From NCBI GenBank assembly GCA_045598285.1, contig JAZLLU010000018.1:1832-65831 (forward strand): a stretch of 64,000 nt of DNA, read 5' to 3'. Position 1 is the stretch's first letter. Every line of letters starts with the position of its first letter. The position numbers and the translations under genes are program-made. The notes beneath the pieces are model-generated. The model saw only the letters and a program-made list of their open reading frames with translations, ran no database searches and had not been told where the DNA came from. Source of the stretch: Lachnospiraceae bacterium (lineage in GTDB: Bacteria > Bacillota > Clostridia > Lachnospirales > Lachnospiraceae). This document shows, piece after piece, positions 25,538 to 36,567 of the stretch.

Positions 25538-28500
25538 ATGGCAAATTTAAGTAAAAATGTTTACGAACAAATGACATTCGATAAAATCAGAATCGGCCTG
25601 GCTTCTCCAGAAAAAATTCGTGAGTGGTCACATGGCGAGGTTACAAAACCTGAAACAATTAACTATAGAACCTTAAAACCAGAAAAAGACGGTCTTTTCT
25701 GTGAAAAGATTTTTGGACCAGCAAAAGACTGGGAATGCCACTGCGGTAAATATAAGAAAATCCGTTATAAAGGCATAATCTGTGATCGTTGTGGTGTTGA
25801 AGTTACTAAAGCAAGTGTAAGACGTGAGCGTATGGGTTCAATAGAACTTGCTGCTCCAGTTTCTCATATTTGGTATTTCAAAGGTATCCCTTCTAGAATG
25901 GGACTTATCCTTGACCTTTCACCAAAGACATTAGAGAAAGTTTTATACTTTGCTAATCATATCGTTTTAGATCCAGGCGATACAGACTTAAATTACAAAG
26001 AGGTTCTTACTGAAGCTCAATATATGGAAGCTTTAGAAAGAAACGGAGATGCTTCTTCAACACTTAGAGTTGGTATGGGTGCAGAAGCAATCGACGAAAT
26101 TTTATCTAATATTGATTTAGATGTTTTGGCTGAAGATTTAAGAGCTCAATTAGATGGCGCAACAGGACAAAAGAAAGCTAAGCTCGTTAAGAGATTAGAA
26201 GTTGTTGAAGCTTTCAGAGCAAGTGGAAATAAACCAGAGTGGATGATTCTTAAAGTTATCCCTGTAATTCCACCAGATCTTCGTCCTATGGTTCAACTTG
26301 ATGGTGGACGTTTTGCAACATCTGATCTCAATGACCTTTACAGAAGAATCATCAATAGAAATAATCGTCTTAAGAGATTATTAGAGCTCGGTGCGCCTGA
26401 AATTATTGTTCGTAACGAAAAGAGAATGCTTCAGGAAGCTGTTGATGCTTTAATTGATAATGGTAGAAGAGGCCGTCCAGTAACAGGTCCTGGAAACCGT
26501 TCACTTAAATCTCTTTCAGACATGCTTAAAGGTAAACAAGGACGTTTCCGCCAGAACTTACTTGGTAAGCGTGTTGACTACTCAGGACGTTCAGTTATCG
26601 TTGTTGGTCCAGAACTTAAGATTTATCAATGTGGTCTTCCTAAAGAAATGGCAGTTGAACTATTTAAGCCTTTCGTTATGAAGAAACTTTGTGATTATGA
26701 AAAAGCTAACAACATCAAGCAAGCTAAGAAGATGGTTGAAAAGCTTCAACCAGAAGTTTGGGATGTATTAGAAGAAGTTATTAGCGAGCATCCAGTTATG
26801 TTGAACCGTGCTCCTACGCTTCACAGACTTGGTATCCAAGCATTCGAGCCTATCTTAGTTGAAGGTCGTGCAATTAGACTTCACCCACTTGTATGTACAG
26901 CTTACAACGCTGACTTCGATGGTGACCAGATGGCTGCCCACCTTCCACTTAGCGCAGAAGCTCAAGCTGAATGTAGATTCCTTCTTCTTTCACCTAACAA
27001 CTTGCTTAAACCTTCTGATGGTGCGCCAGTTGCAGTTCCTTCACAGGATATGGTTTTAGGTATTTATTATTTAACACAACAAAGAGATGGCGAACCAGGC
27101 GAAGGCAAGACATTTAAGAACATGAACGAAGCTATTCTTGCTTATGAAAATGGTATCATTACACTTCATAGTAAGATTAAGGTTAAAGTTGAAACTAAGA
27201 ACGCTAAAGGCAAAGCAGTAAAAGGTGTTATTGATACATCACTTGGACGTTTGCTCTTTAATGAAGTTATTCCTCAAGACCTTGGCTTTGTTGAAAGAAA
27301 GAAAGACGAAGATTTCCTTAAACTTGAAATCGACAGCTTAGTTGATAAGAAGACATTAAAGAAAATCCTCGAAAAAGTTATTAATATTCATGGCGCAACT
27401 GTAACAGCAGAAGTTCTTGATAACATCAAGTCTATGGGTTACAAGTACGCTACAAAAGCAGCGTTTACAGTATCTATTTCAGATATGACTGTTCCAGATG
27501 AAAAGGCTGACATCATCAAGAAAGCTGAAGAAGAAGTTGAACTTATCCAAGCCGATTATCGTATGGGCTACTTAACAGAAGAAGAACGCTACAAAAGTGT
27601 TGTTGATACATGGGAAGCAGCCGATAAAGAAGTTACGACAGCTCTTATGAATACTCTTGATAAATACAACAACATTTACATGATGGCTGACTCTGGTGCT
27701 CGTGGTAGTGACCAACAGATTAAACAGCTTGCAGGTATGCGTGGTTTGATGGCTGATACAACAGGTCGTACAATCGAACTTCCTATTAAGTCAAACTTCC
27801 GTGAAGGCCTTGATGTTTTGGAATACTTCATTTCTGCCCATGGTGCTCGTAAAGGTTTATCTGATACAGCTCTTCGTACAGCCGATTCAGGTTACCTTAC
27901 ACGTCGTCTTGTTGACGTTGCTCAGGAGCTTATCATCAACCAGCTTGATTGCTGCGAAGGTGAAGATGAAGTTCCATACATGAGCGTTTATCCATTCATG
28001 GATGGTAAAGAAGAAATTGAAAACTTAAGAGATAGAATTTTAGGCCGTTATGCAGCTGAAGATATTCTTGATAAGAAGGGAAATGTAATCGTTGCAAAGA
28101 ATCATATGATTACACCTAGCAGAGCAGATGCTGTAATTAAGAGCGGTGCTAAAGAAGTTAAGATTCGTACAGCACTTACATGCCAAAGTGAGACAGGCAT
28201 TTGTTCTAAGTGCTACGGTGCAAACATGGCAACAGGCCAGGCAGTTCAAGTTGGTGAAGCAGTTGGTATTATTGCAGCTCAGTCAATCGGTGAGCCTGGT
28301 ACACAGCTTACGATGAGAACATTCCACACTGGCGGTGTTGCTACAGCAGACGATATCACTCAAGGTCTTCCACGTGTTGAGGAACTTTTCGAAGCTCGTA
28401 AACCTAAGGGTGTTGCAATCATTTCTGAGTTCGCTGGTACTGCAGAAGTTCGCATGAACAAGAACAAACGTGAAATCGTTGTTACTGCACCAGACGGAAA

Positions 28501-29212
28501 AGAAAAAGCATACCTTATCCCTTATGGCTCAACAATGAGAATCCAAGAAGGCCAGAAGATTAAAGTTGATGTTGGTGAAAAACTTACTGAAGGTTCAATT
28601 AACCCTCACGATATCATCAAAGTTAAAGATGTAAAAGCTGTACAAGATTACATCATGAAAGAAGTTCAAAGAGTTTACAGACTTCAAGGTGTTGAAATTA
28701 ACGATAAACATATTGAAGTTATCGTAAGACAGATGCTTAAGAAAGTTAAGATTGATGAAGCTGGTGATTCAGATTTCTTAGTAGGCACAACTGTAAACTT
28801 GATTGAATTCAATAAGACAAATAAGAAGTTGGTAGCAGAAGGTAAAGAGCCTGCACAAGGTAAACAAATTATCCTTGGTATTACTAAGGCTTCACTTGCA
28901 ACAAATTCATTCCTTAGTGCTGCTTCATTCCAGGAGACAACAAAAGTTCTTACTGAAGCTGCTATTAATGGTAAGGTTGATCCACTTATTGGTCTTAAAG
29001 AAAACGTTATCATTGGTAAGTTGATTCCTGCTGGTACAGGTATGAAACGTTACCGCAATGTTCATCTTAATACTGACGACATGATTCTAGAGGCACAAGC
29101 AAAAGCCGAAGAAGAAGCTTTAAGAGCTGCCCAAGAAGAAGCCTTAGCAGCCGAAGGCGAAGAACTTGATGTAGCAAAAGATTTAGAAGAAGTTGCCGAA
29201 GAAGATGAATAA
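25538..29212 (+). CDS. rpoC: DNA-directed RNA polymerase subunit beta'
   Basis: Zn-binding [23 protein letters not shown] and the catalytic [12 protein letters not shown] 25538 lies 8 nt after AGGAGG. ATG 25532 is also in frame but too close to the Shine-Dalgarno. Confidence 0.98.
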   Translation: MANLSKNVYEQMTFDKIRIGLASPEKIREWSHGEVTKPETINYRTLKPEKDGLFCEKIFGPAKDWECHCGKYKKIRYKGIICDRCGVEVTKASVRRERMGSIELAAPVSHIWYFKGIPSRMGLILDLSPKTLEKVLYFANHIVLDPGDTDLNYKEVLTEAQYMEALERNGDASSTLRVGMGAEAIDEILSNIDLDVLAEDLRAQLDGATGQKKAKLVKRLEVVEAFRASGNKPEWMILKVIPVIPPDLRPMVQLDGGRFATSDLNDLYRRIINRNNRLKRLLELGAPEIIVRNEKRMLQEAVDALIDNGRRGRPVTGPGNRSLKSLSDMLKGKQGRFRQNLLGKRVDYSGRSVIVVGPELKIYQCGLPKEMAVELFKPFVMKKLCDYEKANNIKQAKKMVEKLQPEVWDVLEEVISEHPVMLNRAPTLHRLGIQAFEPILVEGRAIRLHPLVCTAYNADFDGDQMAAHLPLSAEAQAECRFLLLSPNNLLKPSDGAPVAVPSQDMVLGIYYLTQQRDGEPGEGKTFKNMNEAILAYENGIITLHSKIKVKVETKNAKGKAVKGVIDTSLGRLLFNEVIPQDLGFVERKKDEDFLKLEIDSLVDKKTLKKILEKVINIHGATVTAEVLDNIKSMGYKYATKAAFTVSISDMTVPDEKADIIKKAEEEVELIQADYRMGYLTEEERYKSVVDTWEAADKEVTTALMNTLDKYNNIYMMADSGARGSDQQIKQLAGMRGLMADTTGRTIELPIKSNFREGLDVLEYFISAHGARKGLSDTALRTADSGYLTRRLVDVAQELIINQLDCCEGEDEVPYMSVYPFMDGKEEIENLRDRILGRYAAEDILDKKGNVIVAKNHMITPSRADAVIKSGAKEVKIRTALTCQSETGICSKCYGANMATGQAVQVGEAVGIIAAQSIGEPGTQLTMRTFHTGGVATADDITQGLPRVEELFEARKPKGVAIISEFAGTAEVRMNKNKREIVVTAPDGKEKAYLIPYGSTMRIQEGQKIKVDVGEKLTEGSINPHDIIKVKDVKAVQDYIMKEVQRVYRLQGVEINDKHIEVIVRQMLKKVKIDEAGDSDFLVGTTVNLIEFNKTNKKLVAEGKEPAQGKQIILGITKASLATNSFLSAASFQETTKVLTEAAINGKVDPLIGLKENVIIGKLIPAGTGMKRYRNVHLNTDDMILEAQAKAEEEALRAAQEEALAAEGEELDVAKDLEEVAEEDE

Positions 29213-29250
29213 GAAAAATTTTATCAGTAACAAATTTAATTAATAAAAAA

Positions 29251-29287
29251 GATGGCTGGCGTACTTAAGGTGCGTCAGTCGTCTTTT
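29251..29287 (+). terminator. putative terminator after rpoC
   Basis: 11-bp stem GATGGCTGGCG / CGTCAGTCGTC, which needs three G-U pairs in RNA, followed by TTTT. Confidence 0.4.
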
Positions 29288-29307
29288 GAAAAAGAAAAGA
29301 ACTAGTG

Positions 29308-30750
29308 ATGTACGACGTAATAATAATCGGATGCGGAATTTCTGGCGCAGCCATCGCATACGAACTTTCAAAATATAATCTAGAAGTTGCAATGTTGGAA
29401 AAAGAAAATGATGTTTCAACAGGTGCAACAAAAGCCAACTCAGGAATCATTCATGCAGGGTATGATCCAGAGCCAGGTTCTCTTATGGCGAAATTAAATG
29501 TAAGAGGTTCGCAAATAACGCAAGAAGTTTGCAAAAAGTTAGATATTCCTTATAAACAATGTGGTGCTATGGTTGTTGCTTTTAGCGATGAACAAAAAGA
29601 AGCACTTGAAAAACTTTATAAGCAAGGCGAAAAAAATGGAGTAAAAAACCAAGCAATAATAGATGGGGACGGTGCAAGAAATCTAGAACCAAATCTTTCA
29701 AAAGATGTTAAGTGGGCGTTATATGAACCGGCTTCAGCAATAATTTCTCCGTGGGAGTTTTGTCTTGCACTTGCTGAAACAGCAGTTAAAAATGGAACCA
29801 AACTTTTCTTGAATACAGAAGTTTCTAAGATTGAAAAAGAAAATTCTGTTTGGAAAATTAATGATAAATTTGAAACTAAAATTGTAATTAATGCAACGGG
29901 TGTTAATGCTGAAATTGTTCATGATTTGGCGTGTACTCATTCTTTCGAAATGCGTCCTAGAAGTGGAGAGTACTACCTTTTAGATAAGGAAGAGGGCTCT
30001 AGAGTTTCACGAACAATATTTATGGCACCGGATGAAAATGGAAAAGGAGTGCTCGTATCTCCTACAGTTCATGGAAACTTAATAGTTGGCCCGAATTCAA
30101 AAATTGTAAAAGGAAACGATACAAAGACAACAAATGATGGACTGAATTTTGTAGCAGAAAAATCCAAAGCATCTGTTCCAAATGTAAACTTGGGGTTAAA
30201 CATTAGAAACTTTGCAGGCGTTAGAGCACGTACCAATATTAAGGACTTCATAATTGAAGAAGTGTTAGAAGGCACTAAACATACAGGATTTATTGATGTA
30301 GCAGGAATTTGTTCGCCGGGCCTTTCAGCATCTTTAGCTATTGGTGAATATGTTGCAAAAATTATTGATGATGCAAAGGATGCGTTACATGTATCGCTAG
30401 ATAAAAAGGAAAACTTTATTAATACAAGAAAGAAAATTCGTTTTAAGGAATTAAGCGAAGAAGAAAAAGCAAAAATAATAAAAGAAAATCCTGCCTTTGG
30501 ACATATTATTTGCAGATGCGAAACGATTACCGAAGGAGAGATTTTAGCTTGCTTTGATACACCGATTCCACCAAAGAGTTTGGATGGAATAAAAAGAAGA
30601 ACAAATACAGGTATGGGTAGATGCCAAGGCGGATTTTGCGCGCCAGCAATAGTTCCTATTATTGCCGAAAAATTAGGCATAAGCCCTGATGAAGTACTAC
30701 AAGAATTAGAAGGCACAGAAATTTTATCAGGAGGTAAACTCCATGTATGA
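29308..30750 (+). CDS. FAD-dependent oxidoreductase, GlpA/glycerol-3-phosphate dehydrogenase-like, with a BFD-like [2Fe-2S] domain
   Basis: Dinucleotide fold DVIIIGCGISGAA. C-terminal Cys pattern CRCETITEGE ... GMGRCQGGFC. Confidence 0.8.
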   Translation: MYDVIIIGCGISGAAIAYELSKYNLEVAMLEKENDVSTGATKANSGIIHAGYDPEPGSLMAKLNVRGSQITQEVCKKLDIPYKQCGAMVVAFSDEQKEALEKLYKQGEKNGVKNQAIIDGDGARNLEPNLSKDVKWALYEPASAIISPWEFCLALAETAVKNGTKLFLNTEVSKIEKENSVWKINDKFETKIVINATGVNAEIVHDLACTHSFEMRPRSGEYYLLDKEEGSRVSRTIFMAPDENGKGVLVSPTVHGNLIVGPNSKIVKGNDTKTTNDGLNFVAEKSKASVPNVNLGLNIRNFAGVRARTNIKDFIIEEVLEGTKHTGFIDVAGICSPGLSASLAIGEYVAKIIDDAKDALHVSLDKKENFINTRKKIRFKELSEEEKAKIIKENPAFGHIICRCETITEGEILACFDTPIPPKSLDGIKRRTNTGMGRCQGGFCAPAIVPIIAEKLGISPDEVLQELEGTEILSGGKLHV

Positions 30751-32020
30751 TTTAATAGTAATTGGTGGTGGCCCAGCTGGATTAGCAGCAGCGAAGTCGG
30801 CTTGGGCAGGTGGACTAAAAAAAGTTTTGATAGTAGAGCGCAACTGGGAGTTAGGTGGAATCCTTAACCAGTGTATTCATAATGGATTTGGACTTCATCA
30901 TTTTAAAGAAGAGTTAACAGGACCAGAGTATGCAGCTCGCTATATAAAAGAAGTAAGCGAAACAGGCATAGAAGCTAGACTTGGAACTATGGTCTTAAGC
31001 ATTGAATCTGACGATGAAAATAAAAAACACTTTGTGCATATGACAGGTAAGGAATGTGGCTACAAAGTTGAAGAAACAAAATCAATTATTCTTGCCATGG
31101 GCTGCAGAGAGCGCCCTAGAGGCGGCGTTGTTATTGCTGGCACTAGACCAGCCGGCGTCTTTACTGCTGGAGCAGCACAAAGATACGTTAATATTGATGG
31201 GTATTTACCAGGTAAGAAAGTTGTAATTTTAGGAAGCGGCGATATCGGCCTTATTATGGCTAGAAGAATGACTCTTGAAGGCGCTAAGGTATTAGCATGC
31301 GTTGAGCTTATGCCATATTCTAGCGGATTAAATAGAAATATTGTGCAATGCTTAAACGATTATGATATTCCACTTTATCTTAGCCACACGGTTACAGAAA
31401 TTCGTGGAGAAAAAAGAGTTGAACAGGTAGTTGTTAACGAAGTAGATCAAAATAGAAAACCTATTCCTGGAACGGAAATGATTTTCGATTGTGACACGCT
31501 TCTTCTTAGCTGCGGACTCATTCCAGAAAATGAATTAACTAATGCAGCATCAATTGAAATTGATCCACGTACGAAGGGGCCAGTTGTTTATGAGAATATG
31601 CAAACATGTAAAGAAGGAATTTTTGCATGTGGTAATGTTTGTCATGTTCACGACTTAGTTGACTTTGTAAGTGACGAAAGTGAGAGGGCTGGTGCGTCAG
31701 CAGCTAAGTATGTATTAGAAGGTAATAAAACAACTGATGTTTTAGAAACTGTTGCTAATGGCGGTGCAACTTATATTGTTCCACAAAAGATTCGCCCAGA
31801 GAATCTTGATAAGACACTTAAACTTTTCTTTAGGGTAAACAAAAGCATCCCTAAAGCTGATATTGTAATAAAATCGCAAGGAAAAGAAATTACACGTCTT
31901 CATAAAAAATTCTTAACTCCAGGAGAGATGCAAAACGTTGTTATCTTGAAAGATCAATTAAGTGGAGCAAAAGAAAAATTAGAACTTGTAGTTGAAGAGG
32001 TAAAGGAGGATAGAGCATGA
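30743..32020 (+). CDS. NAD(P)/FAD-dependent pyridine-nucleotide oxidoreductase
   Basis: DLIVIGGGPAGLAAA plus a second GSGDIGL dinucleotide motif. 8-nt overlap with the upstream gene. Confidence 0.8.
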   Translation: MYDLIVIGGGPAGLAAAKSAWAGGLKKVLIVERNWELGGILNQCIHNGFGLHHFKEELTGPEYAARYIKEVSETGIEARLGTMVLSIESDDENKKHFVHMTGKECGYKVEETKSIILAMGCRERPRGGVVIAGTRPAGVFTAGAAQRYVNIDGYLPGKKVVILGSGDIGLIMARRMTLEGAKVLACVELMPYSSGLNRNIVQCLNDYDIPLYLSHTVTEIRGEKRVEQVVVNEVDQNRKPIPGTEMIFDCDTLLLSCGLIPENELTNAASIEIDPRTKGPVVYENMQTCKEGIFACGNVCHVHDLVDFVSDESERAGASAAKYVLEGNKTTDVLETVANGGATYIVPQKIRPENLDKTLKLFFRVNKSIPKADIVIKSQGKEITRLHKKFLTPGEMQNVVILKDQLSGAKEKLELVVEEVKEDRA

Positions 32021-32370
32021 AAGAATTGATTTGTATTTGCTGTCCTTCGGGATGTCACCTTCAAGTAGATGAAGAGAATGGTTTTAAGGTAACTGGGAAT
32101 GGTTGCGATAGAGGAGCCGAATACGGAAAGAGTGAGGCACAAGCACCTGTAAGAGTTCTTACTAGCACAGTTGAAGTAATAGGTGGAGATATTAGAAGAT
32201 GCCCGGTTAAAACTGCTGGTGCTATTCCAAAAGAAAAAATATTAGATGCTCAAAGAGAAGTTCAAAGCATAGTACTTAACGCACCAATTAATTTAGGTGA
32301 TGTAATTATAAAAAATGTTTGCGAAACAGGGATTGATGTTATCGCAACAAAAAGGATAGGTAAGAAATGA
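32017..32370 (+). CDS. DUF1667-domain protein
   Basis: 117 aa. The N-terminus MKELICICCPSGCHL ... TGNGCDRG is typical of DUF1667, the usual third member of this flavoprotein trio. ATGA overlap with the upstream gene. Confidence 0.78.
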   Translation: MKELICICCPSGCHLQVDEENGFKVTGNGCDRGAEYGKSEAQAPVRVLTSTVEVIGGDIRRCPVKTAGAIPKEKILDAQREVQSIVLNAPINLGDVIIKNVCETGIDVIATKRIGKK

Positions 32371-32924
32371 ATTTTAAATCCAATGCATTGCAAATTGCAA
32401 AGATGGCTATGTTAGTTGCTATTGCGGTAGTGCTAGTTTTGGCTATTCATTTTCCAATTTTTCCAATGGTTCCTTTTTTAGAATATGACCCGGCCGACAT
32501 TCCAATTCTAATTGGCGGCTTTGCATTTGGACCAATTCCAGGAGCAATTCTAACAATTGTAACTGCAGTTATTCAGGGCGTGACGGTTAGTGCTGGAAGT
32601 GGAATCTATGGAATTATTATGCATATAATTTCTACACTTGCACTCGTTTTAACATCAAGCATTATCTATACATGCCACAAAACAAAAAAACGCGCAATAA
32701 TAAGTCTTGCAGCAGGATGTGGAGCGATGGTATTTATTATGTTCTTTGCAAACTTACTTATTACGCCAATATTTATGGGAGTAACGGTTAAACAAACGTT
32801 AGAAATTATGCCTTTTATCTTACTTTTTAATTTAATTAAGGCAGTAGTTAACTCGGTTGCATCGTTCTTTCTATATAAATTAATTTCACCATTTTTACAT
32901 AGACACGAAGGAAAAACAAAATGA
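32367..32924 (+). CDS. ECF transporter S component (RibU-like)
   Basis: 185-aa membrane protein. FPIFPMVPFLEYDPADIPILIGGFAFGPIPG parallels the RibU pattern FPFPGLPDYLKIDFSDVPAII..GP..G. ATGA overlaps at both ends. Confidence 0.7.
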   Translation: MNFKSNALQIAKMAMLVAIAVVLVLAIHFPIFPMVPFLEYDPADIPILIGGFAFGPIPGAILTIVTAVIQGVTVSAGSGIYGIIMHIISTLALVLTSSIIYTCHKTKKRAIISLAAGCGAMVFIMFFANLLITPIFMGVTVKQTLEIMPFILLFNLIKAVVNSVASFFLYKLISPFLHRHEGKTK

Positions 32925-34747
32925 GAATCAAACAAGAAAACATAAGAAACATTGCTATTATTGCCCATGTAGATCACGGCAAAACAACTATGGTTGATGC
33001 TATGCTTGCACAAAGCGGAGTGTTTAGAGAAGGCCAGGAAGTTGTTGAACGTGTAATGGACTCTAACGACTTAGAAAGAGAAAGAGGAATTACAATTCTT
33101 TCTAAAAACACTGCGATAGAGTATAACGGCGTAAAAATAAATATTGTTGACACACCGGGGCATGCTGATTTTGGCGGTGAAGTTGAGCGTGTACTTAAGA
33201 TGGTTAACGGAGTAATATTGCTTGTAGATGCTTTTGAAGGAACTATGCCACAAACGAAATTTGTTCTTAAAAAAGCGTTAGAACTTAACTTAGATGTTAT
33301 CGTTTGCATAAATAAAATAGATAGACCTGAAGCACGTCCAAAAAAAGTTATCGATGAAGTTTTAGAACTTATGATGGACTTAGATGCTTCGGATAAACAA
33401 TTAGATGCACCAATAATTTTTGCATCAGCAAAGCAAGGATTTGCGCTAAAAGATTTAGGTGATGAGCATAAAGATTTAAAACCTTTGTTTGAGTGCATAA
33501 TTGAAAATATACCAGCGCCTGAGGGAGATCCTGAGAAAGGAACGCAGGTTCTTATTTCAACAATTGACTACAACGAATATGTTGGAAGAATTGGAGTAGG
33601 AAAAGTTGATAACGGCTCTATTGCAGTTGGACAAGAACTTGTACGAATCAATGCGAATAACCTTAAGACACATGAAAAAGTTAAGATAACAAAACTTTAT
33701 GAGTTTGAAGGATTAGATAAAAAAGATGTAGCAGAGGCCGGAGTAGGACATATAGTTGCACTCTCTGGAATTTCAGATCTTCAAATTGGAGATACAATAT
33801 GTGCTGATGGAGTAGAAGCAATTCCATTTCAAAAAATTTCCGAGCCAACTATCGCAATGAACTTTATTGTTAACGACAGCCCGCTTGCTGGAAAAGAAGG
33901 TAAGTGGTGCACATCACGTCAAATTAGAGAAAGACTTTATAAAGAACTTAACACAGATGTTTCTTTAAGAGTTGAAGATACAGACAATACAGACACATTC
34001 AAAGTTTCTGGTAGAGGCGAACTTCACCTTTCTGTTTTAATTGAGAACATGCGCCGCGAGGGTTATGAGTTTGCGGTTAGCAAGGCAGAAGTAATTTATA
34101 AAAAAGATGAGAACGGAAAACGTCTTGAGCCTATGGAAACAGCTATTATCGATGTGCCAGAAGAATTTTCTGGAACGGTAATCAGTATGTTATCAGAAAG
34201 GAAGGGTAACCTCCTTAACATGTCTACACTTAATGATGGTAGCACTAGGTTAGAGTTTAGTATTCCTGCTAGAGGGCTTATAGGTTTCCATGGAAAGTTT
34301 TTAACGAGCACAAAGGGAACAGGAATTATTAATACTATTTTTGAAGGATATGAACCTTATAAGGGTGATATTGCTTATAGAAACCAAGGCTCTCTTATAG
34401 CTTTTGAAGCTGGAGATGCCGTTACGTACGGATTGTTTGCAGCGCAAGAGCGTGGCGCACTCTTTATTGGACCAGGTGAAAAAGTTTATGCAGGTATGGT
34501 TGTAGGAGAGAATGCAAAGACTGACGATATCGAAGTTAATGTTTGCAAAACAAAGCATCTTACAAACACGAGATCTTCTAGTGCAGACGAAGCTCTTAAA
34601 CTTACACCACCAAAAAGATTAAGCCTTGAACAAGCATTAGATTTTATTGATACGGATGAACTTTTGGAAGTTACACCAGAAAATTTAAGAATAAGAAAAC
34701 GTATTTTGGATTCAAGACTTCGTAAAAGATCAAATTTTAATAATTAA
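32921..34747 (+). CDS. typA: translational GTPase TypA/BipA
   Basis: G1 AHVDHGKTT, G3 DTPGHADFGGEVER, G4 NKIDR. 608 aa. Confidence 0.95.
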   Translation: MRIKQENIRNIAIIAHVDHGKTTMVDAMLAQSGVFREGQEVVERVMDSNDLERERGITILSKNTAIEYNGVKINIVDTPGHADFGGEVERVLKMVNGVILLVDAFEGTMPQTKFVLKKALELNLDVIVCINKIDRPEARPKKVIDEVLELMMDLDASDKQLDAPIIFASAKQGFALKDLGDEHKDLKPLFECIIENIPAPEGDPEKGTQVLISTIDYNEYVGRIGVGKVDNGSIAVGQELVRINANNLKTHEKVKITKLYEFEGLDKKDVAEAGVGHIVALSGISDLQIGDTICADGVEAIPFQKISEPTIAMNFIVNDSPLAGKEGKWCTSRQIRERLYKELNTDVSLRVEDTDNTDTFKVSGRGELHLSVLIENMRREGYEFAVSKAEVIYKKDENGKRLEPMETAIIDVPEEFSGTVISMLSERKGNLLNMSTLNDGSTRLEFSIPARGLIGFHGKFLTSTKGTGIINTIFEGYEPYKGDIAYRNQGSLIAFEAGDAVTYGLFAAQERGALFIGPGEKVYAGMVVGENAKTDDIEVNVCKTKHLTNTRSSSADEALKLTPPKRLSLEQALDFIDTDELLEVTPENLRIRKRILDSRLRKRSNFNN

Positions 34748-36565
34748 ATGCAAAAGGGTAGCTGGGTAAAAATTAAATATGGTGCACACGAAGGCTGTGT
34801 AGGAAAAATAACCAGTCATAAAATAAATGATGATTATGTTGTTGCGCTCGAAGATGGAACATGGATTACTCAAAACCCTGCAACATTAGAAGTTATTAAG
34901 CCTTATGAAATTAGCCAAGAGACTTTAAGAAAAATTGTTAGAGGGACGCTAAAGTATGATGAAATATCTTCAAATGTATTTCCGCCATTTAACATTAAAG
35001 CAGCAAGGCAATATAAGCTAAAGGCTGACGACATAAAGTGCGCGATTATTAATATTAATAAAAATAAAGAGCCATTGGGACCTTTTAAGCAATGGTTTTG
35101 GCTTATAATAAATGTTTTTTATGAAGACCTTTGCATAGAAGATCTTTATGATGAAAAAATTTTTGATGATTTTCCAAAAACTGAAAAAGAAATTTTCTCA
35201 ACAGTATTTAGCATTACAGAAAAACTTTATTGGAAGTTGGAAGAACGATTTGGATTTAAAGAAGACGAAGAACAATATTTCGTAAAATTTGAAGATGAAC
35301 CAAAGTGGGACAAATCTTTTTCGGAAAAAGGAATGCTAGAAGAGAGCGCATACTTTGGCGTTTGCTCAGAGATTATTGAAAGAGTAGAAAGTTATGAGCA
35401 CAATAAAGGGTTGCCACAGGGCTCTTGGATTTATAGTAAAAGTCAGATGAAACATGTGCTAAGCACATACAAAAATCCTAATGAAATAAAAAAAGCTACG
35501 CCAGAATCGAAGGCATTAATAAAAAAGTTTGTTAAAGATTTGTATGCAGCCGGAGATTTGCAAGCAGTAAAAATCCTAGGGTATTCACATTTTGAAGGAG
35601 GAACACTTTTTAGACAAAATTGGGATCTTTCAAAAAAATATTTGTTAGAAGCTTTTGAAAAACAGGGTGACCCGTATGTTGCAACAGCACTGGGATTTAT
35701 AGAATATTTTGGAAAAGGAACTGACAAAGAGCCAAATTATGAAAAGGCATTTTCTTACTTTTCTTATGCCGCACTTGATGGAATAGAAGAAGCAATTTTA
35801 AGAACAGGCGATATGTTAATTCATGGCCTTGGCGTTAAAAAGAATGTAGACATGGGCCTTTCGATGATTGCAGATGGATACAAAGCTTCATTAGAAGAAT
35901 TTTGCCAAGGTAGTTTTGATAATAAATTTGCTGAATATGCAATCCTTATGGGAAACAGTTGTAAAGAAAAACTGATTTATGACATGGGCAAAAGAGATGA
36001 ATACCGTTTTTATCTTGAAGCTGAGTATGCGTTAGATTTAAGAAGATCTAAAAAGTTTTATGGAGATGAAAGTTTAAGAAGAGATGTCGAAAAAGAACTT
36101 ACAAAAATAAGGGATGAAATCGGAATTGATATTGACAGGGACACTCTAAGAGCAGACTTCCCGATTTTCATAAATCAAATTTATGATGAAAAGTATCCAG
36201 CATTGGTTACTATAGAAAAAATAAAAAATAAATATAAACTTAAATTAAGAAGAGCCAATTTAGGAAGCTTGTTAAACTTTGAAGCATTAGAAAAAATGAT
36301 AGGAAAAGAGGCAAAAGAATTTAAAAAAAGCCTAGATAAAAAAATTCTAATAACCTATCCAGAACTTAGTTATTCAAAATTGGTTTCGGAATTGGAGTTT
36401 GTTTTAGAAGACGTTTCAATTGTCGAGGTAAAGACAAAATTAAATACATTCGTTAGTGATGGATTTAAGAAGAACGAAGTAACAGGGGCTTTAGAGTTTT
36501 ATTCAGATGGGAAACTAGCCGCCGCTATAGATGCAAGGTGGTACACAATAAAAGTAAAGAAGTAA
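34748..36565 (+). CDS. hypothetical protein with a KOW-like N-terminus and Sel1-like repeats
   Basis: The ATG directly abuts the typA stop (TAAATG) and has no Shine-Dalgarno. The N-terminus GSWVKIKYGAHEGCVGKIT resembles a KOW motif. The central region (about aa 265-395: DLQAVKILGYSHFEGG ... NYEKAFSYFSYAALDG ... GLGVKKNVDMGL) resembles Sel1/TPR-like repeats. Confidence 0.5.
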   Translation: MQKGSWVKIKYGAHEGCVGKITSHKINDDYVVALEDGTWITQNPATLEVIKPYEISQETLRKIVRGTLKYDEISSNVFPPFNIKAARQYKLKADDIKCAIININKNKEPLGPFKQWFWLIINVFYEDLCIEDLYDEKIFDDFPKTEKEIFSTVFSITEKLYWKLEERFGFKEDEEQYFVKFEDEPKWDKSFSEKGMLEESAYFGVCSEIIERVESYEHNKGLPQGSWIYSKSQMKHVLSTYKNPNEIKKATPESKALIKKFVKDLYAAGDLQAVKILGYSHFEGGTLFRQNWDLSKKYLLEAFEKQGDPYVATALGFIEYFGKGTDKEPNYEKAFSYFSYAALDGIEEAILRTGDMLIHGLGVKKNVDMGLSMIADGYKASLEEFCQGSFDNKFAEYAILMGNSCKEKLIYDMGKRDEYRFYLEAEYALDLRRSKKFYGDESLRRDVEKELTKIRDEIGIDIDRDTLRADFPIFINQIYDEKYPALVTIEKIKNKYKLKLRRANLGSLLNFEALEKMIGKEAKEFKKSLDKKILITYPELSYSKLVSELEFVLEDVSIVEVKTKLNTFVSDGFKKNEVTGALEFYSDGKLAAAIDARWYTIKVKK

Positions 36566-36567
36566 AA

